A DNA stretch of 64,000 nucleotides from Sulfolobales archaeon (GTDB lineage Archaea; Thermoproteota; Thermoprotei_A; Sulfolobales; AG1), in NCBI GenBank assembly GCA_038867615.1, contig JAWBYA010000005.1:1-64000 (forward strand), in the 5' to 3' direction. The first letter of the stretch is position 1. The number at the start of each line of letters is the position of its first letter. Under the pieces are notes generated by a model. That model saw only the letters and a program-made list of their open reading frames with translations, was not told the origin of the DNA and made no database searches. Positions 11,042 through 20,694 of this stretch are shown piece after piece. Made by a program: the position numbers and the translations under genes.

Positions 11042-12166
11042 TTATTTCTTCCTCGCGAAACCAGTTATGCCGAAACCTATTAGCATAACCACTGCAACCA
11101 CTGCAAGGGCTAGCTGTGCCGTTGACAAGGCTGAGCTTAGGGAGTCTAGCCTTGTGTTTATAGTTGAACCCACATTATTTATTTGGGTACCGATCATTCG
11201 GGATAGGCTCTCTATCTTGTTATTAGTATCTGTAATGCTCTTGTCAAGAGCCACTAGGTATGAGTTGATCGTGTTGCTATAGTTGCCCAGAGCCGTTGCA
11301 AGGCTCCTTATAGAGGCCTCGTTAGTCCTTATAGCCTCTGCAGCAGATTCAACAGATCTCTCAAGAGCAGAGATCCTTGCAGCTGCTGATGATAGGTTAC
11401 CCTCGATCCCCGAGAGCCTTCTCTCAAGCGAGAGTCTAGCCTGATCCTGCCTAGCGACTAGCACAGCTATAGCCTGCGAGATCAGTCCAGAGCTATCTCT
11501 AGCAACCGACCCATAGATCTGGAGAGCGGTCTCAACATCTCCCGCATCGTAGAGAGCAACATCAGCCCTATCAAAGGATGCTGAGATGCTGTCGAGCATC
11601 GATCTCAGCTCGGGCATGGGGGCTCCCCCTACAGCTTCTAGAACAGCTAACAGGGCTCTGGCATTTTCAAGCCTCACCTGAGCCTCCATCCTAGCCCTAT
11701 CCACTACCGTGTGATCCAGAATCGTTACCGGGAATCTATAGGTATAGAAAGTAGCGTTCGCACCCCTAGGCACTAGGGTGATGGAGATAGCAAGCTCACC
11801 CCTACCAGCAACAGCTCCAAACGGTATCGGAACCCTGGCTACGAGCAAGTTGCTTATAGCATATGTCACGTTATCAACAGTCTTGGTTACAGGCGATATG
11901 GGGACAATCCATGCTAGAGGTGTGGAGGCGACAATACCTGCCGAGAGGTTTGCAAAGCCGCTTAGAGAGGCTACAGCAGTGCCTGGAGGTGTGTAGACAT
12001 ACACCGTAACCTCGATCCACTGGTAACCCCTATACACCGCGGTTCTACTTAGATCCACGGCAACGACTCTCGGCATCTCAGCAGCCTGGGCCTCAGCTCT
12101 CCAGGGTAGGAGGATTGTTGAAAAGGCTATTAGGAGTACCAGAACTAACACTAACCCTCTATACAT
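11042..12166 (-). CDS. Cell-surface protein with beta-rich domain, coiled coil and C-terminal TM anchor
   Basis: Signal peptide (AEA-QAA), heptad-rich Ser/Asn coiled coil, terminal TM plus RKK. Confidence 0.7.
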   Translation of the reverse strand: MYRGLVLVLVLLIAFSTILLPWRAEAQAAEMPRVVAVDLSRTAVYRGYQWIEVTVYVYTPPGTAVASLSGFANLSAGIVASTPLAWIVPISPVTKTVDNVTYAISNLLVARVPIPFGAVAGRGELAISITLVPRGANATFYTYRFPVTILDHTVVDRARMEAQVRLENARALLAVLEAVGGAPMPELRSMLDSISASFDRADVALYDAGDVETALQIYGSVARDSSGLISQAIAVLVARQDQARLSLERRLSGIEGNLSSAAARISALERSVESAAEAIRTNEASIRSLATALGNYSNTINSYLVALDKSITDTNNKIESLSRMIGTQINNVGSTINTRLDSLSSALSTAQLALAVVAVVMLIGFGITGFARKK

Positions 12167-12431
12167 TTAATCAACACCACCATGAATATCTAACAAAAGT
12201 ATATAAGTATTTTGACACTCCATGTTAACCATAAAATATCATTAATAATCCCATAATCACTAGCAACTATACCCCCGCCCCTATAGCTAGTCTCATCACC
12301 GATCGCCGGACAAGCGATCCTCATAAAATCGCTTACTAACTACTCATAGATATCAAGATCTATAGAGATCTTGTAGGGAATGGCTTGGCGAAAAGCGGGA
12401 TCAGCGGGTTGTGATACAAATACCAAGAACC

Positions 12432-12908
12432 TCATGACTCAGAGATCCTTGATATTAAGATCCTGAGAAGCATAATACCCCCCGAGAGACCGAGTATGAA
12501 GGATAATGCCGAGAGCCATACATACCTATAGGCTAGGTATTCAATACCCCCCTCAATGTTTATAGAGCATCCAGGGCTCTTGGGGATAGCTATTATCGCG
12601 GCCGTATCGTTCACAGGCAGTTTAGAGACCTTCAGGGGTTCTAGATAGATCTCCCTAGCCTCCCTCATATAGTATATAACAACCCTAGCCCCAACACCGC
12701 ATGTGAGGTTGGCATAGAGCTCTATGCTGAGAACAGCTTTTAACGAGCCCTCCAAACCCAGGATCTTCTCCACAAGATCCACAGTCTCCACATCCATCGA
12801 GATCTTTTTGTCAACATGGATCTCAACCCTAGCAGGTGTATAGGAGATCGGGATAAGGATTACCGATACTATCAGAATAACTATAGCCACTAAAAGCACC
12901 CTCCTCAA
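12432..12908 (-). CDS. Hypothetical membrane protein
   Basis: 158 aa with N- and C-terminal TM helices. Confidence 0.65.
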   Translation of the reverse strand: MRRVLLVAIVILIVSVILIPISYTPARVEIHVDKKISMDVETVDLVEKILGLEGSLKAVLSIELYANLTCGVGARVVIYYMREAREIYLEPLKVSKLPVNDTAAIIAIPKSPGCSINIEGGIEYLAYRYVWLSALSFILGLSGGIMLLRILISRISES

Positions 12909-13059
12909 AACCCTGCAAACCCGGATCTAGATGTGCTGGGGAGTATATAGCTGTAGAGCACAAGCCCGCTAGATCTCTAGAGGCTAGGATAGATGCGTTA
13001 CCAAAAAATAGTAACGCAGTCCCAGGAGGCTATCGATGTAGAGAGCCATATGGGTTTCC

Positions 13060-13308
13060 TCATTTCTCTACAATAGTTAGGAGTAGTTTTCTTGACACGG
13101 GGTCGGGTTTCTTGGTAATCCTACCGGTTCTAACCATCTCGGCTACGGTTTTTCTAAGACATCTCGAATCCATATATATGCCCTCTCTCTCCAGCTCCTC
13201 TCTTAAGGAGTCGAAGCTCATGCTCCCCCTGATCCTCAGGAGGTTTAGGATCTTCTCCCCAAGATCCCCATAGATCTTGTAGTACTCGGAGCATTTGGAG
13301 AGGCTCAA
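13060..13308 (-). CDS. Small winged-helix protein
   Basis: KILNLLRIRGSMSFDSLREEL...LRKTVAEMVRTGRI wHTH pattern. Confidence 0.6.
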   Translation of the reverse strand: MSLSKCSEYYKIYGDLGEKILNLLRIRGSMSFDSLREELEREGIYMDSRCLRKTVAEMVRTGRITKKPDPVSRKLLLTIVEK

Positions 13309-14315
13309 TCCTCATCCTCCCTAGATCCTCTGAAAAGCTCTAGGTAATCCTCTGGCGGGGGTTCTGTCTCGAAAAGCTCTCTCCTCCTAGCCTCGAGGAG
13401 ATCTTCAGGTCTTCCGAGAAGATCTGCGTATGTCTCCACCGCAACCCCTCTTCTCGAGGCTAGGCTCAGGATCTCTGATAGCCTCTCCCTCCACTCGAGG
13501 ATCCTGAGGGCGTGGTGTGTTATGATCAGCTTCTCGAGATAACCCCCGCCTACGATCTTGGCTAGACCCTTTATACCTAGCTCTATATCCTCTTCGGAGA
13601 ATACATGGGATAGGTAGAATGGGGGTCCTCCTATCACGAGAACATCGGGCTTAATACTATTAGCATGATCAACTGCTCCCTGGTACATAGGCCCCTGGAC
13701 ATCGGGCATGAAGAGGAGCTTGAGATCGCCATCATCTATAGCTATCGATACAACCCTGCCGGTCTTCGAATTCTCGGGACCGTGGGGAAGGGATCTTGAG
13801 AGAACAACCCTTGTAGACCCGATCTCGAGGGTTTTTCCATCAGCATATACTATCTCCCCAGCTATGCTTCTTATAGCTTTCAATAACCCGTAGTATCTCC
13901 TCCTCTGGCTATAGTTAAGATCCTTTGGATCTTTTAACAACACCACCTTACCCCTATAAACATTAACATAGGTATCACTCCCAGTACCCATATAGATGCT
14001 CTCATAAGGAACCGTGAAGTGATCCCTGTGATAATGGCTTATAAAAACATGTGTTGAGAGGGATAGATAGTGATCGAGAACCCTCCTAAGCTCCAAAACC
14101 CTCGAAATCTCCCTAGGATGGGGCGGAAGCCCAAACCTCCTGGGTGCAAGGCTTATCCCGGGATCCAGGAGGATCCTGAGATCAGGCGTCTCAACATACA
14201 TAGCCACAGACCTCACACCAAGACTCTCCTCAGCTATCGGAACGAACCTCAAGGAACCCCAAATAATACTAATCCAAAGAGATATATCTCCATCACCACT
14301 AACCACTCTACTCAC
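13305..14315 (-). CDS. Metallo-beta-lactamase superfamily protein (UPF0282-like)
   Basis: ESLGVRS, DPGISLAPRRFGLPPHPRE, SHYHRDH, DVQGP, HH; true start probably ~20 codons downstream. Confidence 0.85.
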   Translation of the reverse strand: MSRVVSGDGDISLWISIIWGSLRFVPIAEESLGVRSVAMYVETPDLRILLDPGISLAPRRFGLPPHPREISRVLELRRVLDHYLSLSTHVFISHYHRDHFTVPYESIYMGTGSDTYVNVYRGKVVLLKDPKDLNYSQRRRYYGLLKAIRSIAGEIVYADGKTLEIGSTRVVLSRSLPHGPENSKTGRVVSIAIDDGDLKLLFMPDVQGPMYQGAVDHANSIKPDVLVIGGPPFYLSHVFSEEDIELGIKGLAKIVGGGYLEKLIITHHALRILEWRERLSEILSLASRRGVAVETYADLLGRPEDLLEARRRELFETEPPPEDYLELFRGSREDED

Positions 14316-14412
14316 CTCTACCGAGAGATCATTCGTCGAACAGCCTGGAGTAGGTGAAAACCAGCCTAGCTTAATATTTATAACTATCTAGGCTTAGTAG
14401 TGGGGGAGTGGT

Positions 14413-14688
14413 TTGGGGGAGGGGGATTCCCGTAAAACAAAGGTTCCCGCATCGCTTCTCATGATCCTTGGTCTAGTCCTGCTCATCATACCCTTCGCGA
14501 TAGCCCTTGTATTTTTCTTCGTTTTCGAGCCACCCATACCCGCGTCTAAGGGTAGCCTTAATGAGGCTCTGGTGGATGCTAGCTTCGGCCTCATATCCAT
14601 AGCATCCAGGCTTGCCTTTCTAGGTATAGCTGTGTGGGTTGGCTCGATAATCCTTAGAAATGCTGTGGAGCTCATGAGGGGCGGTTGA
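14413..14688 (+). CDS. Small two-TM membrane protein
   Basis: Two hydrophobic helices; overlaps the next ORF. Confidence 0.6.
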   Translation: MGEGDSRKTKVPASLLMILGLVLLIIPFAIALVFFFVFEPPIPASKGSLNEALVDASFGLISIASRLAFLGIAVWVGSIILRNAVELMRGG

Positions 14689-15074
14689 TGAGGGGTTTTC
14701 TCAACGTTGTTTTCACCCTCCTAGTCTCTGGAGTAGCCCTTATAGCCCTATCACCTATAATTGTGCTCTCGCTCGAGATATACCAAGACCCGCTTACAAT
14801 AGGTATTGCGTGCATTGTTAGTGGCGATAAGGTGATCGCTATAGCATGGTATAAGGGCTCCTTAAGAATAGGTGATGCAACACTATCGGCTAGTATAGAT
14901 AACACCACCATAGGATCCTCATGGGGGGAGGAGATCTCTAAGAATAGAAACCTAACACTCGAAGCAACGATCCCAGAGGGTCTGAGAGGCAAGAAGGATC
15001 TCGTTATAAGCCTCTCAATAAAGATCGAGAACCTATATAGAGCAGATGTTGCTCTCAGGGGATGCCTAGGATGA
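14685..15074 (+). CDS. Hypothetical membrane-anchored protein
   Basis: N-terminal TM, beta-rich remainder; operonic overlaps. Confidence 0.6.
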   Translation: MMRGFLNVVFTLLVSGVALIALSPIIVLSLEIYQDPLTIGIACIVSGDKVIAIAWYKGSLRIGDATLSASIDNTTIGSSWGEEISKNRNLTLEATIPEGLRGKKDLVISLSIKIENLYRADVALRGCLG

Positions 15075-15532
15075 GAAAACGCCAGATCCTCGGAGAGATC
15101 GTTGCAGGACTAGTAATGGGTGCAGTGTATTATGTAATATATATAGTCATCTTCCCACAGCTCCACAGGCTCCTCGGCGCAGAGGGCGTATCAAGAGAAC
15201 CTGTGATCGATGCAACACTCGCAGGGTTTTTCCTAGCAATAGGAGCTATAGCAAGCATTACGAGAGGCACTATATATAGCTTTATCCTAAGCGCCCTCCT
15301 AAAGATCCTGGGGCTCCTCGCATACCTCTTCCTCGTAAGCAACAAGCCCATCTCGATCACAAACACTATAGCGGGATATAGCGTCACAATATCGATCAAC
15401 CCGGATCCCGTGATCTTCGTAGCCTCGATCTGGACGCTGGCAACAATACTTATAGATATACTAGCAATGATAGAGAGACTGAGGCCAGGCATACCAGGAG
15501 CCCTCACCTACCTCAGAGAAGCCCTCGGCTAG
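15062..15532 (+). CDS. Hypothetical four-TM membrane protein
   Basis: Four hydrophobic segments; operonic overlap. Confidence 0.65.
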   Translation: MPRMRKRQILGEIVAGLVMGAVYYVIYIVIFPQLHRLLGAEGVSREPVIDATLAGFFLAIGAIASITRGTIYSFILSALLKILGLLAYLFLVSNKPISITNTIAGYSVTISINPDPVIFVASIWTLATILIDILAMIERLRPGIPGALTYLREALG

Positions 15533-15902
15533 CACGTAGCAAAATACCAGATCATTACCCCTTACCGCTTATCCTAAGAATAATTTAGATATTCTATGTT
15601 GCTATCCATCCTATGTCCAGAGAGATCCGCACAGCTCGCAAGGATCTAGAGATCCCTATGGGTTTATAGACAATTCTTAAGCCATAGCGAATGCTTCGGT
15701 TCTAATTAAGATTTAAGATTCAGAAGTGGATTATCAGCTCTCCTAACTACTCACCCGTGTTTTAGCACAAAATATGACATACATATCCGGTATGATAGCA
15801 ATATCCTGGTTAAGCCTACATAGCATTGAAACAAGGATCTAGCGGGGAATCGATGCTAATAATAAGGTTGAAGCGATCTTCTAGAAACTATATGGTATGG
15901 GA

Positions 15903-16026
15903 GTCCGATCCAGCTTAGGCGCGCTGCAGGTCCTCGCGGACCCCACAGCACGCCTAACGCGGCCGGCTTAACTTCCGGGTTCGATACGAGTCCGGGTGTT
16001 TCCCGGCCGCTATGGCCGGATCGGAC
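15903..16026 (-). rRNA. rrf: 5S ribosomal RNA
   Basis: GGCCATAGCGGCCGGGAAACACCCGGACTCGTATCGAACCCGGAAGTTAAGCC core; terminal helix GTCCGATCC/GGATCGGAC; length ~124 nt. Confidence 0.95.
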
Positions 16027-16049
16027 CATTATTATATATCTCCTTAACG

Positions 16050-16058
16050 CTTATAAGC
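16050..16058 (-). promoter_or_regulatory. TATA box of the 5S rRNA gene
   Basis: GCTTATAAG ~25-30 nt upstream of the 5S 5' end. Confidence 0.6.
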
Positions 16059-16062
16059 ATTT

Positions 16063-16358
16063 CCGTTTGTCCCTGGATGTTCATCCCAATCACTTTATTC
16101 ATGGTCTTATCCAGGGACTTCCACCTCAACCCGCAGGGTCTCTAACCCTACGGGTTCATGGGCGGCTGTCGAGCCAAACGGCCGCGGCTCCCATCTAGGG
16201 CTTGTGTGGAAAGATCCACACTGGGGGCAATACATTTCAAGGACTATAAATACTCTTGGGCATAGATAAGGAGGAAGCTTTTGGGCGTGCCATCTCCGAT
16301 GCTTGAACATTCCCAAAACCATTAACCCTCCCTATGTATATCAAAAAGAAAACAGCCC
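16063..16358 (-). mobile_element. Repeat family A copy 1: non-autonomous element derived from a tnpB-carrying IS (IS607-like), omegaRNA scaffold retained
   Basis: Ends and core shared with 32246-32548; GG at both termini; decayed tnpB-tail-like peptide PFGSTAAHEP...RWKSLD; hairpin GTCCCTGGAT/ATCCAGGGAC. Confidence 0.75.
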
Positions 16359-17840
16359 GCTATCCGTGTTATCGTGTCTTTTGGCGGAGATCCACTCGCT
16401 CACAGCATCTATATCTACTCCTGAGGTTTTCTCCACCACATGATCTACCTTCACTACCGCGGGCATCCTGACCCAGTGTCCGAGGAGGATTGCCTCGCCC
16501 ACGTTGAGTCCTGGTAGTTGTTCCAAGATCTCCTGGGTTAGTGTCTCTGAAGCCCTAGCTATGTGTGCCTGGTCCTCTGGCTGGACTATCCTCATAACAG
16601 CCATAGAGCCCATCTGGCTCAGCACGTCGGGATCGAGGCCTCTGGGTCTTTGGGAGACTACTATTAATCCTACGCCGAACTTCCTCCCCTCCCTAGCTAT
16701 ATGCTCAGCCCTTGGTTTTGTTAGTGTCTCCCTCTCTGTTGAGAGGTATATGTGCGCCTCCTCAAGCACTGTTACAACTGGGTGGGGGATCTTCGAGCTA
16801 CCCCTCCACATAGCGCTCTTCCTCTCCTCAAGTATTCTCCCAAGCCAGTGGGATACTACTGCATCGGCCTGGCTTGATGATGCCAATCCCGTAAGATCTA
16901 TCACATTTATTGTTCCTATAACGCTCTGCTCCGTTATATCTTTAGCCTCGTCATCAATGATCCTCTGTAGAAAGCCCCTGTTAGCCTCGATAGACTCTAT
17001 AACAGCCTCCGATGCTTTGGCGATCTCGCTCCTCCTCGAGAGCTGCCCCTCCCTCTTGGCGCAGCTTATCATCTGATCTAGATATGATCTCCCACCATTG
17101 CTTGAGTAGTCAACCTCATCCTTACACTTCTTAATAATATTCTCCTGGTTCTTAGCACCATACCTCACACCAATGATCCTCGCAAGCTCCTGCCAGCTGA
17201 GATACCTGGGATTAATCCTAGCCTTTATAACATTAGGCCTCGGCAACCCCTGGAAAGAAAGGCCTGTGTATTCCCCGTGGTAGTCGAATATAAAGCACGT
17301 CCCACCCCTCCTAAGAATCTCTCTCGCTAGAAGGCTCACAAGGTTGCTCTTACCCATCCCAGTCATTGCCAGGATTGCTAGGTGTCTCTGAACAACCTTA
17401 TTGAGATCAACCCTCACCTCAACATCTGGGTTTCTAAGAAGTGTTCCAATCCTAGCCCACTGGGGCCCCTCAGGCGAGAAGATCTTTGAGAGTGTTTTTC
17501 TAGATGCTCTCCTAACCTCTATACCCGGTGGTGGGGGTGTTGGCGGGATCCTAAGATCCTCTGGATCCCCTAGGATCTTTATATAACCCCTATAATAAAT
17601 AGTAGTCTCATCCCCCCTATGGATATTTATAACCCTCCTCAGATCCTCTGGAGATAGTGATTCATCGATCACATAGGATCCAGAGATCGATGCCTGCACA
17701 AGACCGATCACATGGATCCCGTTATACCTTATCTCAACATACTCACCCAGCATGAGGGGTCTTGAGGATACTATGCTAGCACTATAGGGCTTGCTCTCAC
17801 CAACTATATATCCAACTATATCCTCATCCCCAGCCCTCAT
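16341..17840 (-). CDS. herA: HerA bipolar helicase/ATPase
   Basis: N-terminal HAS barrel, RHLAILAMTGMGKS, FDYHGEY, LEEAH, IAREGRKFGVGL, SQRP. Confidence 0.95.
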   Translation of the reverse strand: MRAGDEDIVGYIVGESKPYSASIVSSRPLMLGEYVEIRYNGIHVIGLVQASISGSYVIDESLSPEDLRRVINIHRGDETTIYYRGYIKILGDPEDLRIPPTPPPPGIEVRRASRKTLSKIFSPEGPQWARIGTLLRNPDVEVRVDLNKVVQRHLAILAMTGMGKSNLVSLLAREILRRGGTCFIFDYHGEYTGLSFQGLPRPNVIKARINPRYLSWQELARIIGVRYGAKNQENIIKKCKDEVDYSSNGGRSYLDQMISCAKREGQLSRRSEIAKASEAVIESIEANRGFLQRIIDDEAKDITEQSVIGTINVIDLTGLASSSQADAVVSHWLGRILEERKSAMWRGSSKIPHPVVTVLEEAHIYLSTERETLTKPRAEHIAREGRKFGVGLIVVSQRPRGLDPDVLSQMGSMAVMRIVQPEDQAHIARASETLTQEILEQLPGLNVGEAILLGHWVRMPAVVKVDHVVEKTSGVDIDAVSEWISAKRHDNTDSGLFSF

Positions 17841-18886
17841 GGCGATTTAGCAGCCTCCCAAGCCTGGCTCTCAGACCCTAAGCCGAGGATCCTTTTAAGC
17901 CTATCCATATCCTTCGAGGAGATCCTTGCAAGCCTATCAGCCTCCCTAAGAACCAATGGGTAGCCGCTTGCATCCCCCGATATCGCGTTAATAATTCTTA
18001 AAAGGCTCTTCTCAGCATCCCCCGGATCTCTGAGGGGTATCTCAACCCTCATGATCGGTCCTCCTGTTTTGAGCCTTACATAGCTTAGTGCTATATATAG
18101 ATCTGAGCCATAGATCCTCGATATACCCTGGATCAGACTAGACGCTCCTAACCCTCCATCAGCCCCAAGCACTATTGGTTTAGAATAACCAGGCTCTATG
18201 GTATATCTATCTAGGTAATACAGATCTGTTCTCAGAGCGCTATAGCTCTTTGGGAAGAAGATCCTCACGAGATCCTTTGAAACACTGTTCTTAGAGATAT
18301 AGATAACCCTGGGACTCTCTCTAAAAGAAACATCTATAATCCTCTTAAGCGTATTCGCAACGCCTTCTTTCTCATGCTCATCAACAACATGGGGAGCCCT
18401 CCTGACCAGGAAGCCAAGCTTCGAAACCAGAGAACCGTCGACAACCACATAGCCAGTTTTCTTCAAAGCATCACCAGCCATGCTTACCTCAAGATCTATT
18501 GAGATATATGATAGGTACCCCTCAGGATCCTTCTCAGAAGCTATAATACCAACCCTAGCATCACCACCAGAACCCCCACAGCTGCTCACATAGATAGCGT
18601 CAACAACATATATTATATACCCCCTCATCTCGAGATAATTATACCCACTATCAATACCATGAACACAGATACCAGAGGGGCTGGGCGAGTACCTCGACCA
18701 GAGATTCTGGATCATCTCCAGAATCTCTAAAGGCGGGTGCTCCCTAAGAAGGCTCCTAAGATGCTCAAGATCCCTAAAGATCCTCTCCATTATACCCGGT
18801 ATCAAACCCCAGCCCCAGATCTTATCCAGAAATAGATATATAGATCGAGGAATATATATTATCAGTAATACCATAAGAGCCAGCAC
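17837..18886 (-). CDS. nurA: NurA 5'-3' nuclease
   Basis: GIDSG, VVDGSL, ISKNS, GYPLVLREADRLARI; overlaps herA; real start probably ~30 codons downstream (MERIF...). Confidence 0.85.
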   Translation of the reverse strand: MLALMVLLIIYIPRSIYLFLDKIWGWGLIPGIMERIFRDLEHLRSLLREHPPLEILEMIQNLWSRYSPSPSGICVHGIDSGYNYLEMRGYIIYVVDAIYVSSCGGSGGDARVGIIASEKDPEGYLSYISIDLEVSMAGDALKKTGYVVVDGSLVSKLGFLVRRAPHVVDEHEKEGVANTLKRIIDVSFRESPRVIYISKNSVSKDLVRIFFPKSYSALRTDLYYLDRYTIEPGYSKPIVLGADGGLGASSLIQGISRIYGSDLYIALSYVRLKTGGPIMRVEIPLRDPGDAEKSLLRIINAISGDASGYPLVLREADRLARISSKDMDRLKRILGLGSESQAWEAAKSP

Positions 18887-19065
18887 ATAATAAAAGCCCC
18901 ATACAACACAGACATCTACAAAGTTAAACCATATTAACAGGTATTACCATACAGAGCTGGTAAGCTAGAGGAGCTAATACCTAAAAGATACATGTTATGA
19001 CGCCCTCGATCCTCCGCAAAACTAAGGACTCCGACCATGCAAAAAGAAAAAAATCATGTAAAAAC

Positions 19066-20694
19066 CTAGGTTCCATAAAGATAACCAACATACGCATCAA
19101 CGTATAAGGATCCTACATAGTACTCGTTACCATCATCAGCTAAAAGCTTTGATGGTGAGTAGAAATAACTGGCTGAGATATAGTAACCCTTATCAATATG
19201 CTCAGCTCTTAAAGCTACACTAGACGATAAATACATGTACTGCGAGTCTAAGCTTGTAGCTCCTACACCAGCACCTATAATAGAAGCAATAGTAGAAATA
19301 ATGCCACACAGAGAGACGCTCCCACCGAGAGCACCACATATGATCCCTAGCACAGCTCCCGAGACTACAAAGGTAGGTGTTGTGAATAAGTCTCTCTGCA
19401 CCTTAAATACATCGATCAAAACACCTTGCTGACTATATATGGGCTGGCTCCAGCTCCAATAATCGCGGTAATGCGTGAATGCATCCTTAAGTGTCTTACC
19501 ATTATTGGGATCCTTATCAGTCATGGGCACGGCGATCATTTTGTTATCCGAGATAACGGCCCTCATGAGTGTCATATCAGCAGTAGTATCTGTCCTATAC
19601 TCATAGCAAGTATACTGATCACACACAACATCATAAAGCCTATACCTAGCCGAGGCAATATCGCTCTTAACACCAAGCCCAACAATAGCTGGTGGTGTAA
19701 AGTGAGCACCATTAAAGAAATAATAATATGTATTCAGCCATTCGTTATCTCCAACAAGCGTAAGGATAGGTGCAGGTATTCGGTATCCAATGGTAGCATA
19801 GTTTTTATAAACTCTGGCAGTAGCAAAGAAATTTATATAGACATAAGATGAAGATCTATAGTATGCGCGGAGGAGCACCTCATTTACTTTATCAGCATAT
19901 GGGCCGTATATATATGTAGCTACTATTGGTGTCCCAACCCCTAGCTGGGAGCTGTATACCTCTTCAAGCTCCCACACATAGCATGTTGGTCTGGGGCAGT
20001 TGGTTATATAACTTGGTGGCCAGCTGCTCTGGAGCTCGACTTTCCCTAGACTTGCTGACTGCGCGCTCTGGCTTTGGTTTGTCTCTATTATGGGTTTCTT
20101 ACTCCTCAAATCCTCCCTAATCTCTATGACTATGCTCTTATTGCCCAGAACCTCTTTAGTGTTTATTGGTGCTCCCCTAATGCTATCGTATATGCCGTTT
20201 TTCTCGTGAACGGCTCCCATGAGTATTAATCCTGGTAGAACAATGCTGGGATCGCTTTTCTTAGAAACTATATAGCTATACCATGTTTTTGAGAATTCTT
20301 TTAGATAGCTATAGTTAGCCTTTATAACGCCGATGCCTCCATAAACACCAAGGCTCACTATACTACCATCAGGCATCCACGCATAGATGCTGTATATCGT
20401 ATCCAAAGGCCTACCATCCCAATCCCTAACCATTACGATAAACTCAGGCTCACCAGAAGCCCGGGCAGAATAGCCAACAGAAACCCCCGCAACACCATCC
20501 GAATAGCCAAGGTAATAGCTATTATAATTCACATCCCATGCAATGAACACTGCAAAACCACCGAGACCAAGAATCAATATTGATAGAAGAATCGCCGGGG
20601 ATATGGATAGTAACGCTCGGTGAGGCTTAGTAACTAAGCCCCACATACTCTTACCCTCAAAAAAACTAAGGGGGGTAATAAATATCAAGTCCAA
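19066..20694 (-). CDS. Secreted/surface protein of unknown function
   Basis: N-terminal TM, Tyr-rich beta regions, paired Cys, Gly/Ala hydrophobic hairpin near the C-terminus. Confidence 0.75.
   Translation of the reverse strand: MDLIFITPLSFFEGKSMWGLVTKPHRALLSISPAILLSILILGLGGFAVFIAWDVNYNSYYLGYSDGVAGVSVGYSARASGEPEFIVMVRDWDGRPLDTIYSIYAWMPDGSIVSLGVYGGIGVIKANYSYLKEFSKTWYSYIVSKKSDPSIVLPGLILMGAVHEKNGIYDSIRGAPINTKEVLGNKSIVIEIREDLRSKKPIIETNQSQSAQSASLGKVELQSSWPPSYITNCPRPTCYVWELEEVYSSQLGVGTPIVATYIYGPYADKVNEVLLRAYYRSSSYVYINFFATARVYKNYATIGYRIPAPILTLVGDNEWLNTYYYFFNGAHFTPPAIVGLGVKSDIASARYRLYDVVCDQYTCYEYRTDTTADMTLMRAVISDNKMIAVPMTDKDPNNGKTLKDAFTHYRDYWSWSQPIYSQQGVLIDVFKVQRDLFTTPTFVVSGAVLGIICGALGGSVSLCGIISTIASIIGAGVGATSLDSQYMYLSSSVALRAEHIDKGYYISASYFYSPSKLLADDGNEYYVGSLYVDAYVGYLYGT

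Noticed and set aside
16107-16322. 71-aa ORF with CPQCG
   Set aside because: Lies inside family A copy 1; the frame is not preserved in copy 2 while the RNA structure is
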